Assembly (NCBI GenBank): GCA_963729995.1
Contig: CAVSPF010000005.1
Location: 24,344 to 88,343, forward strand
From: an uncultured Solirubrobacterales bacterium
GTDB taxonomy: Bacteria; Actinomycetota; Thermoleophilia; Solirubrobacterales; 70-9
Length of the DNA: 64,000 bases
Direction: 5' to 3'
How positions within the stretch are numbered: position 1 is the first letter of the stretch; every line of letters starts with the position of its first letter. Both the position numbers and the translations under genes were made by a program. The notes beneath the pieces were generated by a model that did not search any database, had not been told where the DNA came from, and was given only the letters and a program-made list of their open reading frames with translations. This document shows positions 19,114-28,145 of this stretch, piece after piece.

Positions 19114-20709
19114 ATGGAGACCGCCACGCAGAGCCCGCCCGCCCAGTCCACCCTCGAGTCCTTCAACCCCGCCACCGGCGAGCTCGTCGGCTCGGTCGCG
19201 ACGATCACGCCCGATCAGGTCCAGAGCGTCGTCGACGAGGTCGCCCGCATCCAGCCCGCCTGGGGCGAGCTGTCCCTCGATGATCGCGGCCACTACCTGC
19301 GCCGCGCCGCGGAGGCGCTGCTCGACGACGTCGACGAGATCGCCGAGCTGCTCGTCAGCGAGCAGGGCAAGCCGCGCGCCGAGGCCTACACGATGGAGCT
19401 GCTGCCCACCATCGATGCCCTGCACTGGTGCGCGAAGGCGGGCCCAAAGATCCTCGCCGACGAGAAGATCCGCATGACGCAGGGGTTCCTGCTCAGCAAG
19501 AAAAGCCACTTCTCCTACGAGCCGATCGGCGTCGTTGGGATCATCGCCCCCTGGAACTACCCCTGGTCGATCCCCTTCGGCGAGGTGGCGATCGCGCTGA
19601 TGGCCGGCAACGGCGTCGTCCTCAAGCCCGCCAGCCTGACCCCCCTGCTGGGCGAAGCGATTCGCCGCGTCTTCGAGAAGGGCGGGCTGCCCGAGGGACT
19701 GATCCGCGTCGTCCACGGCGGCGGCGCGGTCGGCGACGCACTCGCCAAATCCAGCGTCGGCAAGGTCTTCTTCACCGGCTCGGTCGAGGTCGGCCGCAAG
19801 GTCGGCGAGGTGTGCGCACAGCGACTGAAGGGCTCGGTGCTCGAGCTGGGTGGCAAGGACCCGATGATCGTCTGTGCCGACGCCGATCTCGGCAACGCGA
19901 TCTCCGGCGCCGTCTGGGGCGGTTTCGCCAATGCCGGGCAGACCTGCTCCGGGATCGAGCGCGTGTACGTGATGCGCGAGGTTGCCGACCGTTTCATCGA
20001 GGGTGTCGTCCGCGAGACGCAGAAGCTGCGCCTCGGCAACCCACTCGAGTGGGAGACGGAGATCGGCCCGATGACCTCCGACGGCCAGTACGAGATCGCC
20101 CGCGACCTAATCGACGACGCGATCGCATCCGGCGCGACCAAGCTCTGCGGCGGCCCCACCGAGGTCGCCGGTCTCTCCGGCAAGTTCATCGCTCCGACCG
20201 TGCTGACCGGGGTCACGCACGAGATGCGGATCATGAAGGAGGAGATCTTCGGCCCGGTGCTGCCGATCGTCGTCGTCGAGAGCGAGCAGGAGGCGATCGA
20301 CCTCGCCAACGACTCCGAGTTCGGCCTCGGCGCCTCGGTCTGGACGAAGGACCGCCAGAAGGGTGCCCGGATCGCCCGGCGGATCGAATCGGGAATGGTC
20401 TGGGTCAACGACCACTCGTTCAGCCACGGTGCCTGCCAGTGCTCCTGGGGCGGCGTCAAGGACTCCGGGGTCGGCCGCTCGCATTCCAAATTCGGCTTCT
20501 ACGAGTGCGTCAACATCAAGCTGAACGCCTGGGAGCCGGGGCTGGCGCGCGACTTCTGGTGGCACCCCTACGACCGCACTCTCGGCGAAGCGGTCCGCGC
20601 CTCGGCGAAGCTCCTCTACGGCAAGGGCGCGACGCGGACCAAGGCGCTGCGCGAGGGTGCCGGCCCGCTGCTCAAGGTCGGCGGTCGCACCATTCGCAAG
20701 CGCCGCTGA
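19114..20709 (+). CDS. NAD(P)-dependent aldehyde dehydrogenase with C-terminal extension
   Basis: METATQ start. FTGSVEVGRKV, LELGGKDP and NAGQTCSGIERV motifs. About 60 extra C-terminal residues. Confidence 0.85.
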   Translation: METATQSPPAQSTLESFNPATGELVGSVATITPDQVQSVVDEVARIQPAWGELSLDDRGHYLRRAAEALLDDVDEIAELLVSEQGKPRAEAYTMELLPTIDALHWCAKAGPKILADEKIRMTQGFLLSKKSHFSYEPIGVVGIIAPWNYPWSIPFGEVAIALMAGNGVVLKPASLTPLLGEAIRRVFEKGGLPEGLIRVVHGGGAVGDALAKSSVGKVFFTGSVEVGRKVGEVCAQRLKGSVLELGGKDPMIVCADADLGNAISGAVWGGFANAGQTCSGIERVYVMREVADRFIEGVVRETQKLRLGNPLEWETEIGPMTSDGQYEIARDLIDDAIASGATKLCGGPTEVAGLSGKFIAPTVLTGVTHEMRIMKEEIFGPVLPIVVVESEQEAIDLANDSEFGLGASVWTKDRQKGARIARRIESGMVWVNDHSFSHGACQCSWGGVKDSGVGRSHSKFGFYECVNIKLNAWEPGLARDFWWHPYDRTLGEAVRASAKLLYGKGATRTKALREGAGPLLKVGGRTIRKRR

Positions 20710-20759
20710 TCGCCCCGACGCCGCGCGCCGAGGCGATCGACCAGCCTATGGGAGGCGGC

Positions 20760-21161
20760 TCAGCCGCCTTTGATTTCGATCGTCTTCGAGGTCGCCCCCA
20801 GGCAGTTGTAGATCGTGCCGGCGGTTCCCTCGCTGACGGGCTTGACCACGGCAAAGATCTTGAACGGCGGTCCCCCCTTGAAGCGCAGGTCTTCCGGATT
20901 GACTTTCCAGTGGCCCTGTGCGTCGGACGTATCCCGGCCGAGCACACCGTGGCCCTTCTGCTTCAGCACCACCTTGCGGTCGCCGACGCATCCCGGATTC
21001 GAGGACTTGACCTGGCCGAAGTAGCCGTAGGCGCTGATCGCCGCACTCGTCGGAATGTTGACCGTCCTGGTCGCGCCGGCGGGCACAGCCGCCGCCGCCG
21101 CCACGACAGACGCGGCGGCCAAAGTCGCGAGGCCAGCCTTTGCTCGATTCCCTCTGCTCAC
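20760..21161 (-). CDS. Small secreted protein, function unknown
   Basis: 133 aa with a signal-like Ala-rich N-terminus and two Cys. Good coding appearance. Confidence 0.5.
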   Translation of the reverse strand: MSRGNRAKAGLATLAAASVVAAAAAVPAGATRTVNIPTSAAISAYGYFGQVKSSNPGCVGDRKVVLKQKGHGVLGRDTSDAQGHWKVNPEDLRFKGGPPFKIFAVVKPVSEGTAGTIYNCLGATSKTIEIKGG

Positions 21162-21220
21162 TCGATCCTCCCTTTTCGGTACCAGACTGTGGGCAGCCTA
21201 GACGGTTCACAATCCCCGAT

Positions 21221-21949
21221 GTGAACTCAGTCCAGGAGACAGGCGAGCCGGCGCTGGCGGTCGCCGCGCTGCGCCGCGATTTCGGCGAACGAACCGCCCT
21301 GGACGGGATCGACCTCTCTCTGGCGCAGGGCGAGTCGCTGGTCGTGCTCGGCCCCAACGGGGCGGGGAAGACGACGCTGCTGCGCATCCTCGCCACGCTG
21401 CTGCGACCGAGCGCGGGCGAGGTCCGGGTCCTGGGCGCGTCGCTCCCCGGCGAAGCCTGGAAGGTGCGCGGCCGGATCGGCTTCCTTGCTCATGAGCCAC
21501 TGCTGTACCGGGATCTCAGCGGGCGCGAGAACCTGCGCTTCCACGCCCGGCTGCACGGCCTCCCCGCCGAGCAGGCCGAGCGGCGAATCGCCACGCTGCT
21601 CGCCGCGGTGGGGATGGAGCGGCGCGGGGACGACCGGATAGTCGAGCTCTCGGCGGGGATGCGGCAGAGGCTCGCGATCTGTCGTGCGGTCCTGCACGAA
21701 CCCGGGCTGCTGCTGCTCGACGAGCCGGACTCCAGCCTCGACGCGGAGGGCCGCGAGCTGGCCAGGGAGGTGATCTCCGCCGATGCGGATCGCTCCCGCG
21801 TCCTCGTCACCCATGACGCCGAGCGTGCCCTCCCGGACGCCGATCGGGCGATCGTGCTGGCCCCCGATGGCAGGGTCGCTCGCGACTGCGCGGCCGGCGC
21901 CCTCGATCCAGCCGAGGCCCGCGCGGCAGCCGCGGGGGCGGCGACGTGA
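21221..21949 (+). CDS. ccmA: Heme-exporter ABC ATP-binding protein CcmA-like
   Basis: Walker A GPNGAGKTTLLR, signature LSAGMRQRL and Walker B LLLLDEP. A GTG start at 21221 is assumed. Followed by ccmB and ccmC. Confidence 0.8.
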   Translation: MNSVQETGEPALAVAALRRDFGERTALDGIDLSLAQGESLVVLGPNGAGKTTLLRILATLLRPSAGEVRVLGASLPGEAWKVRGRIGFLAHEPLLYRDLSGRENLRFHARLHGLPAEQAERRIATLLAAVGMERRGDDRIVELSAGMRQRLAICRAVLHEPGLLLLDEPDSSLDAEGRELAREVISADADRSRVLVTHDAERALPDADRAIVLAPDGRVARDCAAGALDPAEARAAAAGAAT

Positions 21950-22626
21950 CGCCGTCCCGCACCGCCTTTGGCGCCATCCTCGGCAAGGACCTGCGCGCGG
22001 AGCTGCGCACGCTCCAGTCGCTGCCCGCGATGGTGCTCTTCGCGGTGACCACCTTCGTCATCTTCCGCTTCGGGCTCGACCGCACCAGCCTTTCGGGGAG
22101 CCTCGCGGCGGGTGTGCTGTGGGCCACCCTGCTGTTTGCCGCGCTGCTCGCCATCAACCGCCTCTTCGTCGCCGAGCGGCAGGAGGGGGGCTTCGACGCG
22201 ATCCGGCTCGCCCCGATCGACCGCACCGTGCTGTTCGCCGCCAAGGCGGCGGCGCTGCTCCTCTACCTGCTCGTGCTCGAGCTGGTCGTCGTACCGCTGT
22301 TCGCCGTCTTCTTCCTCGACTCCGCCGCCGCCCTGGCGCCGCTCACCGCCGTGCTGCTCCTTGCCGATCTCGGCCTCGCCGCCACGGGCACGCTGATCTC
22401 CTCGATGGCGGTCAACTCTCGCGCTCGCGACCTGCTCGCCCCGCTCGTCCTGCTGCCGCTGGTCGTGCCGCTGATGATCGCCGCGACCGGCGCCAGCGAG
22501 CCGCTGCTGGCCGTGGGCGGTCCCGGTTACCACCGCTTCGTCACCTGGCTGGCGGTCCTCGGCCTATACGATTTGATCTTCCTCCTCGTCGGATACGCGG
22601 TGTTCGACTTCCTGCTGGAGGACTGA
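21946..22626 (+). CDS. ccmB: Heme exporter permease CcmB
   Basis: 226-aa protein with 6 TM segments, a 4-nt overlap with ccmA, and its position in the ccm operon. Confidence 0.8.
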   Translation: MTPSRTAFGAILGKDLRAELRTLQSLPAMVLFAVTTFVIFRFGLDRTSLSGSLAAGVLWATLLFAALLAINRLFVAERQEGGFDAIRLAPIDRTVLFAAKAAALLLYLLVLELVVVPLFAVFFLDSAAALAPLTAVLLLADLGLAATGTLISSMAVNSRARDLLAPLVLLPLVVPLMIAATGASEPLLAVGGPGYHRFVTWLAVLGLYDLIFLLVGYAVFDFLLED

Positions 22627-22654
22627 GCGGGTCCCACGTCAACCGCGGAGAGGC

Positions 22655-23374
22655 ATGTACGGCAAAGGACTGAGAACCCTCTCGATCGCGACCATCGCGG
22701 CGCTCGCCGTGGCGCTCTCGCTTGTCTTCTTCTACGCGCCGCTCGACGCCGACCAGGGGTTCATCCAGAAGATCTTCTACCTGCACGTGCCGCTCGCGAT
22801 CACGGCTCTGCTCGGGTTCATCGCCGGCGGCGCCTTCGCGATCGCGCACCTGCGCAGCGGCGACCGCCGCTGGGACGCCTACTCCTACGTCTGCATCCAC
22901 CTCTCGGTGATCTTCGGTGTCGGAGTGCTCGTCACCGGCTCGATCTGGGCGAAGGCCTCGTGGGGCCACTGGTGGGTCTGGAACGAGCCGACCCTGGTCA
23001 GCTTTCTGATCGTCTTCCTCCTCTACGCGACCTACTATCCCTTCCGCTACGCAATCGAGGACCCCGAGCGCCAGGCCCGCTACGCCTCGGTCTTCGCGGT
23101 CGCAGCCGGCGCCTTCGTGCCGCTCAACTTCATCGCCGTGCGCCTCTCCCAGAGCCTCGTCCACCCGCGCGTCTTCGCCACCGCGAACGGCGGCCTGCCC
23201 GGCTCGATGCTGCTGACGTTCCTCGCCTGCCTGCTGGCGATGGGACTGCTCTGGGTGACCCTGGTGAAGTTCGAGCTGACCGCGAAGAGCGCCTCGGGGC
23301 AGCTGAAGCGGCTGCGCCGCGCCCTCGACGCCCCGCCGCGGGGCACGTCCCGCGTGGCGCCGGAGGTGAGCTAG
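22655..23374 (+). CDS. ccmC: Heme exporter protein CcmC
   Basis: WGHWWVWNEP tryptophan-rich (WGxxWxWD-type) motif and conserved His residues in the flanking loops. Confidence 0.85.
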   Translation: MYGKGLRTLSIATIAALAVALSLVFFYAPLDADQGFIQKIFYLHVPLAITALLGFIAGGAFAIAHLRSGDRRWDAYSYVCIHLSVIFGVGVLVTGSIWAKASWGHWWVWNEPTLVSFLIVFLLYATYYPFRYAIEDPERQARYASVFAVAAGAFVPLNFIAVRLSQSLVHPRVFATANGGLPGSMLLTFLACLLAMGLLWVTLVKFELTAKSASGQLKRLRRALDAPPRGTSRVAPEVS

Positions 23375-23385
23375 TGGTCCCACTG

Positions 23386-23601
23386 ATGCCCAGCGCCCTG
23401 CTCGCGAGCGCGCCCGCGCTTCCGCTCGACGAGGCGGGCCGCTACGTCGCCGGCGCCTATATCGTCTTCCTCGTGCTGATCATCGTCTACGTGGCGATCA
23501 TGGCCGCGAAGCTCCAGCGCATCGAGCGGGAGCTGCGCGAGCTCGCGACCTTCGCCGAGCAGCGCGACGCCGGGCGGGAGCGGGTGACCGCCGATGTCTG
23601 A
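23386..23601 (+). CDS. CcmD-like small single-TM protein (tentative)
   Basis: 71 aa with one TM (YVAGAYIVFLVLIIVYVAIMAA) and a charged tail. Lies between ccmC and hemA, with its stop overlapping the hemA start. Confidence 0.4.
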   Translation: MPSALLASAPALPLDEAGRYVAGAYIVFLVLIIVYVAIMAAKLQRIERELRELATFAEQRDAGRERVTADV

Positions 23602-24931
23602 GCTGCTGGCGCTCGGCGTCTCCCATAAGACCGCGCCGCTGGAGCTGCGCGAGCGGCTCTCGCTGACCGAGGGTCGCGCGGTCGGAGCCCTGCATGAGCT
23701 GACCGCCGCCGACGGGATTCACGAGGCGGCGGCGATCTCGACCTGCAACCGCACCGAGCTGTACCTGGTCGTGTCCGACCCTGTCGCCGCCGAGTCGACG
23801 GCCCTGGGCGTGCTGACCCGCCAGGCGGAGATCCGCCCTACGGAACTGCTCAGCCACCTCTACTCACTGCGCTCCGGCGCGGCCGCGCGCCAACTTTTCC
23901 GGGTCACCGCCGGTCTCGACTCGATGATCGTCGGCGAGGCGGAGATCCAGGGCCAGGTGAAGCGCGCCTACGAGCTGGCGCTGGTCGAGGGCGGCACCGG
24001 TCCGATCCTGAATCGCCTGTTCCGCGGCGCCCTCGCCGCCGGCGGGCGCGTCCGCCAGGAAACCGCGATCGGCGAGAAGGGGCTCTCGATTCCCTCGGTG
24101 GCGGTCGAGCTGGCGAGGCGCACCCTCGGCGACCTCGCCGAGCGGCGGGTGCTGGTGATCGGCGCCGGCGAGACCGCCGAGCTGGTCGCCCGGGCGCTGG
24201 TCGCCCGCGGCGTCGCCACCGTGTTCGTCGCCAATCGCCACTACGACCGGGCGATCGGCCTCGCCCAACGCTACGGCGGCACCGCGGTCCGCTTCGACGA
24301 GCTGCCCGAGCAGCTCGGGCCCGCCGACATCGTCGTCTCCGCCACCAACTCGCCGCACCACATAGTCGGGAGCGACGAGCTCCGCCACGTGGTCAAGAGC
24401 CGCAACGGCCGGCCCCTGGTTCTCGTCGACATCGCGGTGCCACGCGACATCGATCCGGCCTGCCGTGAGATCCCCGGTGTCAGCCTCCACGACATCGATG
24501 ACGTGCAGCAGATCGTCGAGCGCAATGCCAGCGGACGCGAGGCGGAGGCGCGGCTGGCGGAACCGATCCTGGCCGCTGAGCTGGATCGCTTCGAACGCTG
24601 GCTCGCCTCCCTCGAGGTGGTGCCGACGATCGCCTCGCTGCGCGGGCGCGCCGACGAGGTGGTGCGCCGTGTCCTCGCCGAGAACGATGGCCGCTGGGAG
24701 ACGCTCAGCGAGGCCGACCGCGAGCGCCTCGAGGCGATGGCCAGGACGATCGCCTCTCGTCTCCTGCATGACCCGACCCTGCGGATGAAGCGTGCAGCCG
24801 GCAGCGACGACGCCTATCTCTACGTGAGTGCCCTGCGTGAGCTGTTCGGCCTCGACGCGGAGACGGAGCCGGAGGCCGGGGGGAAGGCCGAAGTCACCGA
24901 GCTGCGCCGCAAGGGCCGAGAGTCCGCCTGA
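23594..24931 (+). CDS. hemA: Glutamyl-tRNA reductase
   Basis: LGVSHKTAPLELRE, STCNRTELY and the GAGETAELVARAL NADP fold. Confidence 0.9.
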   Translation: MSELLALGVSHKTAPLELRERLSLTEGRAVGALHELTAADGIHEAAAISTCNRTELYLVVSDPVAAESTALGVLTRQAEIRPTELLSHLYSLRSGAAARQLFRVTAGLDSMIVGEAEIQGQVKRAYELALVEGGTGPILNRLFRGALAAGGRVRQETAIGEKGLSIPSVAVELARRTLGDLAERRVLVIGAGETAELVARALVARGVATVFVANRHYDRAIGLAQRYGGTAVRFDELPEQLGPADIVVSATNSPHHIVGSDELRHVVKSRNGRPLVLVDIAVPRDIDPACREIPGVSLHDIDDVQQIVERNASGREAEARLAEPILAAELDRFERWLASLEVVPTIASLRGRADEVVRRVLAENDGRWETLSEADRERLEAMARTIASRLLHDPTLRMKRAAGSDDAYLYVSALRELFGLDAETEPEAGGKAEVTELRRKGRESA

Positions 24932-24939
24932 GGCGACGC

Positions 24940-25833
24940 GTGGCAACCCTTCGAATTGCCACCCGCGGCAGCGCGCTCGCCCTCGCCCAGTCACGCCAGG
25001 TTGCCGAACGACTGGGAGGGGCGGAGCTGGTCGAGGTGTCCTCCGACGGCGAGCCCGGCGACAAGGCGCGCTTCGTGCGCGGGGTGGAGCGGGCGCTGCT
25101 GCGTGGCGAGGCCGAGATCGGCGTCCACTCGGCCAAGGACCTCCCCGCCGATATGCCCGACGGCCTGGTGATCGCCGCCGTCCCGGCGAGGGAGGACCCA
25201 GCCGACGCCTGGATCGGGGTCGGCGCCTCGCTCGACGAGGTCCCCGAGGGGGCCCGTGTCGGCACCGCCAGCCTGCGCCGCCGCGCCCAGCTCCTCGCCG
25301 CCCGGCCGGACCTGCGCGTCGAGGAGCTGCACGGCAACGTCGACACGCGGCTGCGGCGGCTCGCCGAGGGCGCCCTGGACGCGATCGTGCTCGCCGTCGC
25401 CGGGCTGCGGCGGCTGGATCGCGCGGGGGAGATCTCCTTCCCGATTCCCACCGATCGGATGACCCCGGCGCCGGGCCAGGGCGCACTGGTCCTGCAGGGC
25501 CGAGGGGGGGACGAGGCGAGCGCCGCCGCTGCCGCCGGGATCGGCGACGAGACCAGCCTGCGAGAGCTGACTGCGGAGCGGGCCGCGGTCGCCGTGCTCG
25601 AGGCGACCTGCGCCTCCCCGATCGGCATCCACGCCCGGATCGACGGCGACCGGATCGCCGTCGACGCCTTCGTTGGCCTGCCCGACGGCAGCGAGTGGAT
25701 CCGCGACCGAGTCGAGGCCGAGGCCGAGCAGCCGGCAGCGGCCGGGGCCCTCCTCGCCGAGCGTCTCCTGACCGCGGGCGCCCGCGACATACTCAGCCGT
25801 GCAGAGGGCTGGAGCGAACGTGTCCGACTTTGA
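24940..25833 (+). CDS. hemC: Hydroxymethylbilane synthase (porphobilinogen deaminase)
   Basis: LRIATRGSALALAQ, RGNVDTRL-like (HGNVDTRL) and PAPGQGAL motifs. GTG start. Confidence 0.9.
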   Translation: MATLRIATRGSALALAQSRQVAERLGGAELVEVSSDGEPGDKARFVRGVERALLRGEAEIGVHSAKDLPADMPDGLVIAAVPAREDPADAWIGVGASLDEVPEGARVGTASLRRRAQLLAARPDLRVEELHGNVDTRLRRLAEGALDAIVLAVAGLRRLDRAGEISFPIPTDRMTPAPGQGALVLQGRGGDEASAAAAAGIGDETSLRELTAERAAVAVLEATCASPIGIHARIDGDRIAVDAFVGLPDGSEWIRDRVEAEAEQPAAAGALLAERLLTAGARDILSRAEGWSERVRL

Positions 25834-25881
25834 CCTTGCCATAGCGTGGTCAAAGTCGGTTGCGCTTCCCGGAGGCGAGAC

Positions 25882-27435
25882 GTGAGCGCACGCCCGGGAG
25901 TCGTCTACCTGGTCGGCGCCGGGCCCGGCGATCCCGGGCTGATGACGGTTCGCTCGCTCAAGCTGATCGCCTCCGCGGACGCAATCTTCTTCGACCGCCT
26001 GATCCCACCCGGCGCCCTGGACGGCGCTCGCGACGACGCCGACCTGGTCTACGTCGGCAAGCAGCCGGCCGACGGGCCGAAAGCGTCCGCGTATCGGCCG
26101 AGATCGGGCCACCGGCAGCGGTCCTCGGTTCCGCAGGAGGGGATCAACGATCGGCTGGTCGAAGCGGCGCAGGCCGGGCGAAGCGTCGTCCGCCTCAAGG
26201 GAGGCGACCCGTTCGTCTTCGGCCGCGGCGGCGAGGAGGGCGAAGCGCTGCGTGCCGCCGGGATCGAGTTCGAGGTCGTGCCCGGCATCACCGCCGGGGT
26301 GGCGGCAACCGCCTACGCAGGGATCCCGGTCACCCACCGCGAGGACGCCTCCGCAGTGGCCTTCGTCACCGGGCATGAGGACCCCGAGAAGGACGAGACC
26401 GTCCTGGACTGGGAGGCGCTGGCTCGCTTCCCGGGAACCCTCGTCTTCTACATGGGGGTCAGGCAACTGGCGGACAACGCCGCGGCGTTGATCGACGCGG
26501 GACGCGACCCCGACGAGCCAGCTGCGGCGGTCGAGCGGGGCACCTGGGCCGACCAGCGCACGGTGGTCGCCACCCTGGGCACTCTGGCGGAGGCGGTCGA
26601 GCGGGAGGGAGTCGGCGCACCGGCGGCGATCGTCGTCGGCGCCGTGGTCAAGCGCCGCGAGTCGCTTGCCTGGCTGGAGCGCCGCCCTCTGCATGGGCAG
26701 CGGGTCGTCGTCACCCGCGCCCGCGCCCAGGCCAGCGGGCTCGCCGCCACGCTTCGCACCCTCGGCGCCGACGTCGTCGAGCTGCCGGCGATCCGGATCG
26801 AAGCGCGGATCGACAGCGACGAGGTCCGCCGTGCGGTCGACTCGATCCACACCTACGCGCTGGTCTGCCTGACGAGTCCCAACGGAGCGGGGCTGCTCTT
26901 CGACGCGCTGGGCAAGGCGGGTCTGGACGCGCGCGCCCTGGCCGGCGCCACCGTCGCCGCAATCGGGCCGGGGACCGCCCGGGCTCTGACGGCACGGGGC
27001 ATTGCCCCGGACGTCGTCCCGGAGCGCTTCGTCGCCGAGGCCCTGGTCGAGGCCCTGGCCAAGGTCGATGTCGCGGGCCGCCCGGTGCTGATCGCCCGCG
27101 CCGCAGAGGCACGCGACGTGCTGCCCGAGGCACTGCGCGAGCGCGGCGCCGAGGTCGATGTCGTCGCCCTCTACGAGACCGTGCAGGAGGAGCCCGAGCC
27201 GGAGGCCGTCGAGGCCGCGCAGGGCGCCGATTACGTCACCTTCACCTCATCGTCGACGGTTCGCAACCTGACCGACGCGCTCGGCGAGCGCTTTCCCGCC
27301 CGGGCGCGCGTGGTCTCGATCGGCCCGGTCACCAGCGCGGCGGCGCGGGCCGCCGGTCTCGAGGTCCACGTCGAGGCCGAGCGGCACGACGTCGACGGCC
27401 TTCTCGAGGCGCTGCTGAACGACGCGGCGGGATGA
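25882..27435 (+). CDS. Bifunctional uroporphyrinogen-III C-methyltransferase / uroporphyrinogen-III synthase
   Basis: VYLVGAGPGDPGL and VVRLKGGDPFVFGRGGEE (CobA/SUMT) followed by a HemD-like C-terminal half. GGAGG lies 6 nt before the GTG at 25882. Confidence 0.85.
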   Translation: MSARPGVVYLVGAGPGDPGLMTVRSLKLIASADAIFFDRLIPPGALDGARDDADLVYVGKQPADGPKASAYRPRSGHRQRSSVPQEGINDRLVEAAQAGRSVVRLKGGDPFVFGRGGEEGEALRAAGIEFEVVPGITAGVAATAYAGIPVTHREDASAVAFVTGHEDPEKDETVLDWEALARFPGTLVFYMGVRQLADNAAALIDAGRDPDEPAAAVERGTWADQRTVVATLGTLAEAVEREGVGAPAAIVVGAVVKRRESLAWLERRPLHGQRVVVTRARAQASGLAATLRTLGADVVELPAIRIEARIDSDEVRRAVDSIHTYALVCLTSPNGAGLLFDALGKAGLDARALAGATVAAIGPGTARALTARGIAPDVVPERFVAEALVEALAKVDVAGRPVLIARAAEARDVLPEALRERGAEVDVVALYETVQEEPEPEAVEAAQGADYVTFTSSSTVRNLTDALGERFPARARVVSIGPVTSAAARAAGLEVHVEAERHDVDGLLEALLNDAAG

Positions 27436-28145
27436 GCTTCGGCACACCTCACAGGCACTATCGCGTCACGGACTCGACGAACACGCGCGCAAAGGAGCTG
27501 GCCGTGGCGGGGGCGCCGCACGGGACCGTCGTCACCGCCGGCGAGCAGAGCGCGGGCCGCGGGCGCCAGGGACGCAGCTGGACGGCGCCCGCCGGCAAGG
27601 CGCTCCTCTACTCGGCGATCCTGCGCCCCCTCGACGAGCGCCACCTGCTGCTGCCGCTCGCCGTCCCCCTCGCCGTCTGCGAGGCCGCCGAGGAGCTCGA
27701 GCCGGGCCTCAAATGCCGGATCAAGTGGCCGAACGACGTCTGGGTGGGGGAACGCAAGCTCGCCGGGGTGCTGATCGAGGCGAAGCCACAGGAGGGGTGG
27801 GCCGTGATCGGCGCCGGCCTCAACCTCTCCATCGCTCCCGAGGAGCTCCCGCCCGACCTCCGTGACACGGCGATTTCCATCCTTGGCGCGCTCGAGGGGA
27901 GTCGGGAGTCGCCTCGCCAGGCAGCCGCGGCACTGAACCGCCGTCTCGACCGTTGGGTCGCCGCGGAACGCGAGGACATTCTCGTCGCCTGGCGGGCGCG
28001 CGACGCGCTGCGCGGGCGCCAGGTCTCGTGGGAGGGAGGATCGGGAGTCGCCGATGGGATCAGCGACGCTGGGAACCTACTCGTCCTCGGCGCCGGCGGC
28101 GAGCAGTTCGTCCTCGGCGCCGGAGAGGTCCACCTCCGCACCTGA
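27432..28145 (+). CDS. birA: Biotin-[acetyl-CoA-carboxylase] ligase
   Basis: GRGRQGRSWTAPAGKALLYS and KWPNDVW motifs. ATGA overlap with the preceding gene. Confidence 0.85.
   Translation: MSFGTPHRHYRVTDSTNTRAKELAVAGAPHGTVVTAGEQSAGRGRQGRSWTAPAGKALLYSAILRPLDERHLLLPLAVPLAVCEAAEELEPGLKCRIKWPNDVWVGERKLAGVLIEAKPQEGWAVIGAGLNLSIAPEELPPDLRDTAISILGALEGSRESPRQAAAALNRRLDRWVAAEREDILVAWRARDALRGRQVSWEGGSGVADGISDAGNLLVLGAGGEQFVLGAGEVHLRT

Noticed and set aside
23864-26850. 540-aa and 619-aa minus-strand ORFs (23864..25486 and 24991..26850), plus other long ORFs over hemA/hemC/cobA
   Set aside because: They are antisense to three strongly supported heme-biosynthesis genes and have low-complexity Arg/Gly/Ala composition.
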